From assembly GCA_043228905.1 (NCBI GenBank), contig JBHGNT010000009.1, positions 12,152,001-12,216,000 of the forward strand: DNA of 64,000 bases, written 5' to 3'. The notes under the pieces are model-generated. The model searched no databases, had not been told where the DNA came from, and saw nothing but the letters and a program-made list of their open reading frames with translations. This document shows positions 12,451 through 25,063 of the stretch, piece by piece (position 1 is the first letter of the stretch; every line of letters begins with the position of its first letter). Both the position numbers and the translations under genes were made by a program. The stretch is from Azolla caroliniana (taxonomy: Eukaryota; Plantae; Polypodiophyta).

Positions 12451-13326
12451 ATGGAGGCAGTGTCAAAGATGATGATGGAATTTTCAAGAAAAGTAAAACG
12501 ACGAGGTGCGGCCCAACAAGCCATCGAGAGCGTGGTGGAGCGAGTCGGCTATTTCAATAGTGCTGAAGTCCAAAATTTTCTAAAAGCCTACAACATTGAG
12601 ATGGATTTGAGAGGTGTGAACGAAGCCATGAGGCTAGAGTACTTTTGTCGGGTGGTGGCTGAAATGATATACGAAGAGATGAAAGAGCTTCAAGATGCTC
12701 ACGACTCGTGGGGGTGCTTCCAAGAAACTTTACGGGAGGCATATAGATACAAAGAGCCAAAGAGATGCAGCATATACAAGTTCGACCAATAGGTATCATC
12801 ATTAAAGACCCACCAAAGTGCCATGCATTCGTTCATTGAGTTCGAGAGTTTCTTTGCTCAACTCTCGATGCGGGATCGAAGATAGGTGGGGGTGAATAAA
12901 GTTCTAATGTTCGTGAAATCGATAAATCTGAAGGACAGGAAGTCTATTGGAATCTGACTTGAGGAGGACGATGGTGCAAATGACCTCACCGAAAATTGGC
13001 CCTATGTTGAAAGAGTATGTCGGCAACATGACAAGAGAAAGATGGGAATCTTGTCGACAATATCATGTTCTACAAGGGACGATCAAAGGAGGATAAGTTG
13101 TGGGACCACGCCACCACCAAAGGAAGAGAGCTCAAAGAGAGAAGATTCGAAGACACTCAACATAGAAGCTTTGATGAGAGAAGCATTCGAGAACTTAAAG
13201 GCGCAAGTCGATGCTGAAGAGGAGCTTAAAATGGAGAAAAAATTGAGGCAAATGGTGATAAAGGAAGAAGAGACCTCTGGAGAAATGCAGGTTAATGAAG
13301 TGGTTGATATAGAAGCTCAGATTTAG
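12451..13326 (+). pseudogene. gag: Gag remnant of the Trp-primed family
   Basis: AIESVVERVGYFNSAEVQNFLKAYNIEM...VLMFVKSI...LEEDDGANDLTENW matches the gag at 36385-37074 and 45000-45584. Contains stops. Confidence 0.8.
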
Positions 13327-13927
13327 TACAACAATACCGAGAGAGAAGGTGCGAAACAAGTTTCCTTCTCATATTGGGGAGAAAAAACGATCAAGGATAA
13401 GGCTGAAGACTCGAGAGTGTCATGATATGGTAAGACTCGAACCCATGACCTTATGCTACATGGGTCGAGCTCTTACCATTAGACTATGAATTGTAATTTG
13501 TAAGATATTATTTTCATTTATTCTTTATTAGAAAATTGATGTATATTCCAGATCTCTCTGGAACATTCTAGAAGCTTCAGGCTTATTACTAAAAACACTA
13601 TAAAAGGAGGCACAAGGCATTGTTTTGAACCAAATTGGTTCAACACCAGGCTTAAGCCTCTTAGCCGCTTTGTACTTATCTTTCACATAATATATTAGCT
13701 GCTGTCATCATCTCTCTCTCTCTGTCATTCTCGCTATCTCTCTCTCTCCTCTTCTCACTTCCTCTCTCGGGAGTCTTACGCAGTCCTGTCCCCTTAGTAC
13801 TAATAGTACTACTCTTCTTTAGTACTAATTCCATCTCTGTTTTAGTACTATTCCTGACAGTTTGAACCAATTTTTCCTCCAGCCTACTTGTCACTCTCCC
13901 TCATCCTCCTACCCTTTTCCCTATACT

Positions 13928-15078
13928 ATGGCTATTGTTAGCGCCCAAGAATACCAATCCGTTTTCTCCGAGCTACAGTGCCTAAAAGAAAAGTTTGTTG
14001 CCCTGGAACAAGAAAACCAACGGTTGATAGGGGATCTGCAACAAATCGCTCTAGGAAAACAACAAACGCAACAACAACATGGGGAGTTAGCGTTACGGGT
14101 ACAACAACTCGAAGCAGCGTTGCAACAACAAGGATCAAGTCCCCAAGGATTTCATAAAGAGCCCAAGATTGGACTTCCTGTGAAATTTGATGGAACGCGA
14201 TCACAATTCCGGGGATTTCTTAATCAGGTACGCTTAGTCATCCAGATGCATCCTTCCCGATATCCCACTGATGCATCTCGAGTCGGCCTAATAGGCATGC
14301 TACTTAGCGGCTCAGCCTTGGCATGGTTCGCTCCGGTTCTAGAAAAACAATCGCCCTTGCTTAATCACTTTGAAGATTTTATTGGTGACTTTAAAGCCTA
14401 CTTTGGAGATACCGACAGCATAAGGACGGCGATCAACAAGATCCGAAGATTGCACCAAGGCGATCGTCCAGCCTCTGCCTACGCGGCAGATTTCCGTCTA
14501 CTCGCCTCAGATATCCCCTGGGATGATGAGGCCCTCATGGAGCAGTTTCGCTACGGCTTGCGCAACGATGTCAAAGACTTGCTTTTAACCTTCCCCGAAG
14601 AACAAAAGTCTCTTACAGAGGCAATCAGCCGAAAGGTCCGATGCGACAACCGCCTTTTCGAACGGCGTTCGGAACGTCAGTTACAAATACCATGCTCTCG
14701 GCCGGAACCCACATACGCCTCAGTCACGGCTAAACCGTTTGCACGCGATGTACCTCAAGCCAATATTCCGACACCGATGGAGATCGACCCCATGCGTCGA
14801 CGCGACCCGTTATCGGAAGAAGAAAAGCAACGACGACGTGCCAATCGATTATGTCTTTATTGCGGTGGACATAGGCCATCAATTGTCCCCATAGGCCAAG
14901 AAGACAGGTAAATCAAATCGTCGCTTGTACTAAACCCGAGTCAATTCTTCCCTTCGGAGTGTCTGATAGTATTAATAGTACTAATAGAGTGTCAGATAGT
15001 ATTCATAGTACTAATAGCCCAAGTATCTCAAATAAATTTGAAATCCTTAGTCAATTAGATGAAGAGTTAAACGATTGA
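13928..15078 (+). pseudogene. gag: Gag (sushi/PEG10-like capsid, CCHC knuckle frameshifted near 14870)
   Basis: EPKIGLPVKFDGTRSQFRGFLNQVRL...LSGSALAWF...PTPMEID...RRRANRLCLYCGG; the shifted frame runs to TGA at 15076-15078. Confidence 0.9.
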
Positions 15079-17698
15079 GTCTAGCCAAAATAGGAGCCGT
15101 TTGGTTGGACAGCAGCCCTAGATTTGTACAGCCCATTAGTGGTTCCATTCCTTCCAAGGAGGTTAGCAATGTGTTCCTAGCCCAAGTCATTGTTAGTACT
15201 AAAAGTACTCCCCCAGTACCCGTCCTAGCACTTTTAGATTCCGGAGCTAATTCCTGTTTCAGGGATCGAAATTTTGCCCAAGCTTCTCAGATATCCTTAA
15301 GAAAACTTCCTTGTCCCGCATCTGTAGTAGTCATTGATGGTCGTCCCATTGCTTCCGGGAATATTGTAGAAGAATCAGAACCCATTCAAGTTGTCCTAGG
15401 TAGTTTTGTGTGTGTAATATCATTTAATATAATTAGTAGTCCAGAGCATCCCATTGTCCTAGGATTATCTTGGTTTGAATTACATAATCCAGCCATAGAT
15501 TGGAGAACAAGAGAAGTCCGATATCGACCACCCCAAGAATCAACTCACCGAGTTTCGACCATTTCACTCCATCAACTACGCGAAGAAGGACCCAAGGAGG
15601 CAATGTTCCTATTTGCAATATCAGTACATCCTTCCACCACTATTAAGAAGGACTCCTCAGTACAACTTCCAGCAAAATATCATCCTCAGTACAACTTCCA
15701 GCAATGTTCCTATTTGCAATATCAGTACATCCTTCCACCACTATTAAGAAGGACTCCTCAGTACAACTTCCAGCAAAATATCATCCTTATGCCGATGTAT
15801 TTGACAAGGTAAAAGCCGGTACCCTTCCTCATCACCGTCCCTATGACTGTCCTATCGATTTACAACCAGAAACCGAGCCACCATGGGGACCAATTTACAA
15901 CTTGTCACCCACCGAGTTAGAAGTCCTTCGAACCTACATAGAGGAGAACTTGGCAAGAGGGTTCATCCGTCATTCGAAATCTCCGGCCGGTGCACCCATC
16001 TTCTTTGTCAAGAAGAAAGATGGCTCACTTCGTCTCGTCGTTGATTACCGCGGATTGAATAAAGTCACCATCCGGAATAGGTATGCACTTCCTCTTATAT
16101 CAAGTCTTTTAGCGCGAGTTAATGGTGCCAAGTTTTTTACTAAAATCGACCTACGAGGAGCGTATAACCTCGTGCGGATCCAACCGGGAGATGAATGGAA
16201 GACCGCCTTTCGCACGCGGTATGGGCATTTCGAGTATATTGTTATGCCATTCGGCCTAACCAATGCACCAGCAGTCTTCCAACACATGGCAAATGATATA
16301 TTAAGAGACCTCTTGGATATCTGTTTGATCATCTATCTGGATGATCTATTGATTTATTCAAAGACCCAGGAAGAGCATGATTCTCATGTACTATTAGTAC
16401 TAAAGCGACTCCGCGAGAATGGTCTTTATGCCAAGCTAGAAAAATGTAGCTTTGATTGCAAGCAAGTGGAATTTCTAGGCTACGTCATCTCCTCAAAGGG
16501 CATCGCCATGGATTGAGCTAAAATCCAAACTGTACTAGAGTGGCAAATTCCACGGTCGGTATGAGATGTACAATGTTTTCTAGGTTTTGCTAACTTCTAC
16601 CGTAAGTTTATACAGGATTACTCGAAGATTATTTTACCTCTCACACAACTTACGAAGAAGGGCCAAGCATTTCTTTGGTCCATCGAAGCAGATATGGCTT
16701 TTCGGCATCTTAAGAAAGCCTTTACATCAACACCGATTCTAGCTCATGTGGATACAAGAAAACCATTCATCATGGAGGCCAACGCATCAGATTTCGCCCT
16801 CGGTAGCATCCTTTCTCAACAAGGAGATAAAGAAGAGTTGCATCCGGTGGCTTTCCATTCGCGCAAATTCGATGTCGCAGAAATCAACTACGAAATACAT
16901 GACAAGGAATTATTAGCCATCGTGGATTCATTTGTCCAATGGCGGCATTTCTTAGAGGGCTCTCCACATCAGGTCATTGTCTTTAGCGATCATAAAAATC
17001 TTGCTTATTTTCAGAACACTCGCATACTAAATCGACGGCAAGCTCGGTGGGCGCAATTCCCCACGCGTTTCGATTTCAAAATCACATATCGACTGGGGAA
17101 GCAGGAAGGAAAAGCAGATGCACTATCACGGTGTTCATATCTTGCACCTCATCCAGGTGATGCAACATTTGATAATCAAAAGCAAGTAATCTTGGAACCA
17201 ACATGATTGCACACGACGCGGATTTTTCACACCCCGATGGATTCACGGATTACCGATAACATACGTGCAACCTTGTAAACGGATAGTTTTGCTCAAGACA
17301 TCCTGGCGCACATTGATACTTCTCGGGCATCCTGTTCTCGGTCTCAACAACCAGGTATTGACTACCGACAATTCGAATTTCATGATGGTTTGTTATTCTT
17401 TAAAAAGCGCGTATATGTCCCCGATTGCTCCTGTCGCCTTCAAATCGTCCAGCATTGTCACGACACCCATACGGCGGGACATTTCGGTAGTACTAAGACG
17501 TTGGAGCTAGTGCAACAAGCTTGTTCGCAACAAGCTTTATTACTTGGTCGATTGGCTCAGTTATAGTCCGAGCGAACGTACTTGGGAACCCGTCGAGCAT
17601 GTTGCCAATGCACATGATCTTCTTGCCGATTTCCACCGAAAGTATCCGGACAAACCTGGTCCGCAATCAGCGCCGACTCGTTCCACTCATCGTCTTTA
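15075..17698 (+). pseudogene. pol: Pol: protease, RT, RNase H, partial integrase, chromodomain
   Basis: ALLDSGANSCF; [26 protein letters not shown]; ASDFALG, NYEIHDKELLA; HDTHTAGHFG; YYLVDWLSYSPSERTWEP (17539-17592). Internal ~100-bp duplication at 15601-15790 and several stops. Confidence 0.93.
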
Positions 17699-20239
17699 AG
17701 GGGGAGATAGTGTCATGATATGGCAAGACTCGAACCCATGACCTTATGCTACATGGGTCGAGCTCTTACCATTAGACTATGAATTGTAATTTGTAAGATA
17801 TTATTTTCATTTATGCTTTATCATAGAAAATTCATGTATATTCCAGATCTCTCTGGAACATTCTAGAAGCTTCAGGCTTATTCCTAAAAACACTATAAAA
17901 GGAGGCACAAGGCATTGTTTTGAACCAAATTGGTTCAACACCAGTCTTAAGCCTCTTAGCCCCGCTTTGTACTTATCTTTCACATAATATATTAGCTGCT
18001 GTCATCATCTCTCTCTCTCTGTCATTCTCGCTATCTCTCTCTCTCCTCTTCTCACTTCCTCTCTCGGGAGTCTTACGCAGTCCCGTCCATTTAGTACTAA
18101 TAGTACTACTCTTCTTTAGTACTAATTCCATCTTTGTTTTAGTACTATTCCTGACAGAGAGTAGGGAACATAGCTTTGAGAGTGAACAAGCGTTTCGGAA
18201 CACATGTTGTGTCCGAAACATCAAGTGATGAAGAAGCAAGCATGAGAAAATCTTGTGTGATCGAGGAAGACAATGGGTACGAGGCCCATGAGTCTGAGGA
18301 GATAGCCGTGGAGAATGACATCGAGGTGAAGAGGGTAGACGACGACCATGAAGAGACTTTCTCCACAATGGTTCTTGATACTTGGGCATTAACCAATGTA
18401 AGACCCAAGAGACGGAAGGTGGCGGTGAGGAAGCAAAGGTCAAAGCCGATATGAACAACCTCAAGGTGGAAGTGGCTAAGGGTAGCACGACAAAGACAGA
18501 CTACAAAAACATATGGATCCCTCCACAGTGATTCAGGAGACTTGGGAATTAACCAATGTAAGACCCAAGAGAAGGACAGTGGTGGCGAGGAAGGAAGGGT
18601 CGAAGTTGATGCATACAATGAAGAGGCAAGCATAATTGAGGCATGCTCGATCATGAAGGTTAATGGGTATGAGGCCCATGAGTTTGAAGAGATGGCCACA
18701 GATAGTGACTTAGAGGTGGAGGTGGCTATGGACAACACAATGAAGGAGGATGGCAAGTGTATCGAGAGCTCCTCCCCACTATTTCAAGGGACTTGCGCAA
18801 TGGTAGATGGGAACATATCAGTCAGTGGAGAAAGGGCTATCACCGAAGAGACATACCCGAACCAAATTAAGACCCAAGAGAAGGAAGGTGGAGGAGAGGA
18901 AGCAAAGGTCAAAGCTAATGCATATGATGAAGAGGTTAAACGAAGCACAATAGTGCATGGCGAGCGCCAAACAAATGAAGTGAATTCGAAGGGCATTTCT
19001 TGGGATTTGATCACAATATCCAACTCAAAAGGAGACACCATTACAAAGATCAAACAACTGATGGTGAACTCTCACATGAGAGCATACCATGAGAAAGGAA
19101 AAAGTGGAAAACATGCAATCTGGTTGTCAAAGGGCCTAAATGTGAGCATGTACTTAAAGCATGGGCTATCAGGAGTACTCAAAGTCGATGTTCGGATGAG
19201 GCCTAACAAAGACAAGCTTGGATTGATGGAAGAAGGAAGATTAAAGTCTCTTGTCCATGAAGCTGGTTTAAATGAAAGTGACACATGCATGGTGCATGAA
19301 GGGTTATGCTTGGGGAATGCACAAGAGGCCACGACAACTGATCGTGGTGATGCAAAGCTCGAACGAAGGGTTTACTGGTTTGGATGGTCTCCATGGCTAT
19401 GGTGGAAAGAATGGTCGTGGTGGCATTGGAAGAGATCTAAGGAGCCAATGAGCTGGTTCAAGGTCAATCTCCATCATAGATAGTTAGGTTATGAAGAAAG
19501 GAAAATATTCTAACAAGGATTAAAGATTTCAACTAGGCAGATGTAACTCGGTACCACACGTGGCACATACTGGTGGATGTGTAGGTTTGGTGGGGGTGAA
19601 TGTCATGTGATTCTTCACACACAATATGAAAAATAATGAAATAATTATTTTTAGATTAGCTTAATGGCTTGGTACGAAAAGATGGACGTCTTCAACAGTT
19701 TCCAAACACATTTTACTACACATGAAACGGACAACTACGTATCAAGTTATGTGTGAATGAAACTGGAGAAGAAGAGGGAACAAAAATGTAAGATATCCAA
19801 CATAAGCAGGAAAACATTGGATCCAACATTATATAAGCAGACCCAGAACCCATTGGTTCATATCTGGGCATTCGGAGCACGGGCCGAACTACTCAGAACG
19901 GTTCAGAATGTTTTTGGAACGGTTTGTAGGGTGAAAGCATGCTACGATGTACCAACTTTTGGCCAAAAGTTTGGTACTAATTCGATGAGGAAAGAAAAAT
20001 AATCCAATATTTGGGTTAAAAAAGTTGAGGTTGTTGGGTCACAGTCCTAGGTAATGTTGTATCGAAATCATAACTGTACAAGATCTCAAGTAGTCACTCA
20101 ATTATGAATATAGTATGTCTCTCTCTCGCTCTCTCTCTCTTGGCACATATGTTCATCTCGAGCTGTTAGTTAGTCTCTCTCCCTCCCTCTCTCTCTCCCT
20201 CTCTCTCTTTCTCCTTCCCCCTTCTACTCGCTGATTCTC

Positions 20240-20460
20240 GAGGTTCGTACCTCCTCTCCCCCTCTCTGTCTCTCTTCTACCTTCTGTATAGGTCTCCGCA
20301 GACTCCAAGCGCGTCACTGCTCGTTGTTCGTACCTCCTCTCCCCCTCTCTGTCTCTCTTCCACCTTCTGCACAGGTCTCTATAGACTCCAAGCACGTCAC
20401 TACTCGTCGTCCGTACCTCCTCTCCCCTCTCTGTCTCTCTTCCACCTTTTGCACAAGTCT
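20240..20460 (+). repeat. Three ~84-bp CT-rich tandem units in a putative 5' UTR
   Basis: CGTACCTCCTCTCCCC(C)TCTCTGTCTCTCTTC recurs near 20246, 20329 and 20412. Confidence 0.85.
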
Positions 20461-21263
20461 TTCAACCTCTCTAGGGTTAGTTGCGTTCTCTCTCCCTCAG
20501 CTAACCTTGTTCTCCCTCACTGTTAGGTGTTCTGTACTCACCGTGTCCTAACGACATCGACCTCTGCTCTGCTGGCCGTGTCCCCTCAGTTGGCTGTGAC
20601 CTCTACTTTTCTCTACCTCCAGGTGTTCTCAAGTCATTGTGTTCCCTCTACCAGGTGTGTCCATTTGCTTGCAACCCGTGCTTCAAACGTGTCCCCTCTA
20701 CAAGGACTTCAGAAAGGTAATCCTGCTATTTGCAACCCTAACGACATCTGAAAAGGTAATCTTGCTTTAGGCGTACCTTCACGTTCTGCTACATGTTAGG
20801 GTTTTGTTGTTGTTTTTTGTGTTGTTCTCCCTTGATCATTTCAAACACTTGTACATGCATATGCTTGAAATTGAGAGTGCTTTACATGCATATGTCATTT
20901 ATTGCATGATTTAGAATTTGGTACATGTTGACATATTGGAAGATGGTTCTATGATGGTACACTGAAATGATTTTCCATGGTTTAGGATGTATATGTTGTG
21001 TATCGGGAGTTAACATTATGTTGTAGGTTTTATCTTTGTTGTTGATGTTTTTGTCTTTCCTCCCATCTGCACTTTCAAGAGAAAATTGTACATGCATGAA
21101 TCTTGTTTTTGAGCCAACTTGAAGTATGTTTAGGGTTGTTATGTCTCATTGTTGTTCTTATTATGTGTGATTTAATCATATGATGAAAAAAGACAGTTGT
21201 GATTGATCTATTGTTATTTACTATTGTTGTGTTTGTGAGGTGAAGAGGAGAGATAAGACTCAC

Positions 21264-24200
21264 ATGACAAGGAAGACACCCACGAAGACGAAAATGGTCA
21301 AAGAAAATGTCAACACACCATGCAAGGAAAGAAAAAGGACCTCCATCAAAGAAAGTAAGATGACCCCCACCAGAGGGAGGTTTAAGTTGTCAACATCTCA
21401 TGGCAAGAAGATGGTCACAAACATCCTTCGAGGTAGAAAGTTAAGATGGGGATATTTCCTTCGTGCACGACCTGACACTTATGAAGACGTAGACATGTGG
21501 ATGATAAAAAACATGGGGCTGCTCATCACAACCGGAGACGAGGAGAGGTTTTTTACCTCACTCAATTGAAGAAGGATTATATCACTGAACTAAAGTCACG
21601 ATATGAACAAGTTTATGATACAAAACATATCCTAAACAATGAGGTAGGAACTGTTTTTGCACGTGCATTTGAATGTGAACTCCATGGTGGCATTGAAGTT
21701 GATTGGGAAGATTTTGCTCATCATCAATCATCACATTATAGAGGATCCCCAACTACCAACACTACTATGAAGTCTGAGGGTACCTGTCACATTGAAATCC
21801 CAGCTAGGGCATTTGTGTTGACTAAACAGATTGCAAAAGAAAGAGCTACACTGACAGAAAAGCATGAACAACGATTGTTGCATTGCATAGCTTCCATGCA
21901 AACAAGAATGCAAGCGCTACTCACCGATTTGGAAGAAGTTTCATCTATGAGATGGCGGTCGAGAAACAATTCACATCTATATCGAATACATACGAATGGA
22001 TAACAGCAACAATCCAACATTCTGAAAGCGATCTGTTGAAAGAGGAGTTGAAGGATATGACAAATATGGGCACTCAACTGGGAAAATAGAAGAAAGATCT
22101 ATAGACATGGAGGTCATCTCGTTCTGAAATTGATGATAAGTTATAAGGCTTAAAAAGTCACTCTGAGAACCTGACATGTTTGATGAAGGGTCTAAAAGAT
22201 AAAGGTTTAGATCCTCTATGGCCAAAGTACTTGAGCATCCCACTTGCAATGAAAGTACCATTACAAGAGTTATTGTATCAAGGTAATGGTTTATATTTTT
22301 ACAACTTGACCTTCTATTGTATAAAATATCATCGTTGCTAATATAGTGTATGTTGTGTCTCGTATTTGAAGGTGTGTATTCTATGGCCTTGGATTCAAGT
22401 TTGAGGCCATCGATGCTATCATTACACCATGCTTGCACACATATCATTGTTTATGCGCTAAGTACCGTTTTGAGAAAGAAAATATATGTTTACACTGTAA
22501 AAGTACAGTTGGCGCCGAATGGTACTTAACTTGGGGTTTGAAAATACATTCCTATGGTATGTGATTAAGAACATATGTAATTTTTATACTATGCTTTTAT
22601 AATTTTAACATTTGGTTCTGGTCTTATACCCATGAGTATTTTCCTTGGTGATCATTTTTATATGATTCAGTACTAACATTATTGATTACATTGTATTCCC
22701 TAGTGATCAGTTGACAATGTGAATCTTATTTAGTACTGAGGATCTTAAATCTTTAGTTGTATAACTTGCATGTGCACTAACATTATTCATTACATTGTAC
22801 TTTTTGTGTCCATTTGGCTTAGGCTCTGGATGACCAAACAAATAGGCATGAAGGTCTAGCTTTTTTAGTACTAACATTGTTCATTACATGAAATATGCAT
22901 GTCCAGGTGGTTGTGTAATGTGCCCTCAAGTTCCTTGTTGGAGGATTCTGTACTAACATTACTGATTACATTGTATTCCTTGGTGATCAGTTGATTCAGT
23001 ACTGATTATTTAGTATTGAATGTCTTAATTGATTCGTTGTATAACTTGTATAAGTACTAACACTGTCCATTACATTGTACGTTTTATGTCCAAGTGGTTC
23101 AGTACTGTTTTCTCAAGTTCCTTGATTGATGTTTTAGTATTAACTTACTAATTACATTGTATCCTTTGGTGCTGAGTTGATTCAGTATTGATTATTTAGT
23201 ACTGAACGTCTTAAATGTTTAGTTGTATCACTTGTATGTGTACTAACAAATAGGAGAACTGAACAAATAGGCTCTGGATGACCGAACAAATAGGTATGTA
23301 GGTCTTTTGTTTAGTACCGAACAAATATCGACAGCATGTCCACATGGTTCTATATTGTGTCCTCAAGTTCCTCTTTGTTGTTTTAGTACTAATATTATTG
23401 TTACATGCATATTCCTTGGTGATCAGTTGGAACAAGACTAATTTTTTAGTACTAAAGGTCTTAAATGTCCACTTGATTCAGTACTGATAATATTTGTAAC
23501 ATTGTAGTCATGTTAGAACTAATGTACAATTATAATATGAATGTTGTTGTATCAAGCAACACCACACCAGGGAAGGTAACTGACCAACCAGCCCCCGGGC
23601 TACTACGTATAGAGTCTGCTGCAAATTCCAAAGTCCATGGTCATTCCTTAGTGGTAACTGAGGAAATTTATGATGAAGATGAATGTATGAGAAAGGCCAT
23701 TGGAACAGTGGAGGATGTGTTGCTTCAAACAAATTCTCCTAGCTCGGCTCCCCTTGACTGTGTGAATGGTAATGCTAATTGTGTGTGAACTTTTAATAAT
23801 GCATTGTTGCTATACTTCTAATTTCTTATGTTTCTATCAAAGAGCCTACGAAGAAGCATAATGCTGCAAGGAAATTGTATGGAAAGGGGAAGAAATGCAG
23901 AGTTCATTGTAGTGGTGGGTCATACAAATTCTCACAAACTTTGAGAGTTGTAAAGTTAATGAGTTAGACTAAGACCACGTGCTTTTGTTGTTAGACAAGG
24001 AAGAAACAATTAATGAAAATGGAGATACCGATTCAGAGCCACAACATGAAGCAGAATTTATCGTCCTCGTAGGTACATGTTGTGAACCCTCTTATATAAT
24101 AGTTATTTTGACCATATCACCCAAGTGACGATAATGGTTTTGGTCTATTAATATATAGAAAGTGATGTAAAATCTCGGCATTATTTAGAGCCTCAACCTG

Positions 24201-25063
24201 AGACTGGTACCATCCCAAGCAATAATGACGAGTGTGATATCAATGCAAACCAGGTCTTGCAACACATGACAAACACAATCATCTGCAAAGAATCATCTTC
24301 AAAAGTCCCGGATGGAGATGTAACAGTAGGTAAACGATTGTCCCTTAATCTAGTATGTTAATTGATATGGCTAGGTTCCTTCACTTTGTAAGAATGTGAA
24401 TTGATATTGTTCTTGTTATTTAGGAATAGAAGAACATGGAGATTCCCAAATAGCATCAGATGATTCAGGCAGTCTATGGAGCAATCTTGATTTTTCAGAC
24501 TCAAATAGCACCACACATGAGGAATGTGAAATCACCCATGAAGAGGAGTTGAAGAACTTTGACAGTACCGTAAACATGGGGCAAGACTGTATCATTAAGG
24601 AGATTGTAGCTATCACCCAAGAAGAGGAACAAGGTGGTACTACAAATCACATGTCTTACCAAAACACCACAAGTAGCCTACACTTGGAACAAGACTGTAC
24701 AAAGAACCAGGTGTCTAGCATCAAATACGAGGAGTTTGCAATGAAGATGGCAACCACCCAAGAAGAGGAACATGTTTGTACGACGAATACTGTGTTACTG
24801 TAGAACACTAGTTCTACCCATGAAGAGCAGATTAATGCTAATACTATCAACAAGATCTTCTTGGAAGTGTGTGCGTCTCAGGCAGTTGCAGTAGAGCACA
24901 AGGTTCCCTCAAGCTTGCCCCCCCCCCCCCCCCCCCCTCCGATGATGAACTGCCACTCAGTAGTCTACTACCTCGTGTCTTTAAGATGAAGAAGAAGAAG
25001 GGTGTGAAATCTGAGAAGAGTGTAACAAAAAATAGGCGCATTAGAAGATCTAGAAAAAACTAA
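21264..25063 (+). pseudogene. Multi-exon accessory gene of unknown function inside the DNA transposon
   Basis: Colinear plus-strand ORF pieces: basic N-terminus; LKSRYEQVY...FARAFECELHGGIEVDWEDFA; a helical region; acidic exons; basic C-terminus KMKKKKG...RRIRRSRKN. The pieces are separated by T-rich GT-AG intron-like gaps. Frameshifts and stops present. Confidence 0.6.

Larger units (their letters stand above)
13418..18156 (+). mobile_element. Tcn1/Tf1(sushi)-like chromovirus (Ty3/Gypsy) with integrase-core deletion
   Basis: LTRs 13418-13859 and 17711-18156 (TGTCA..TGACA), 5-bp TSD GAGAG, PPT AAGGGGGAGATAG, domain order gag-PR-RT-RH-INT(Zn)-chromodomain. Confidence 0.95.

Noticed and set aside
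13418-13490. Functional tRNA gene (also 43378-43440 and 39866-39920)
   Set aside because: No acceptor stem or credible anticodon arm could be drawn; only A/B-box-like motifs are present.
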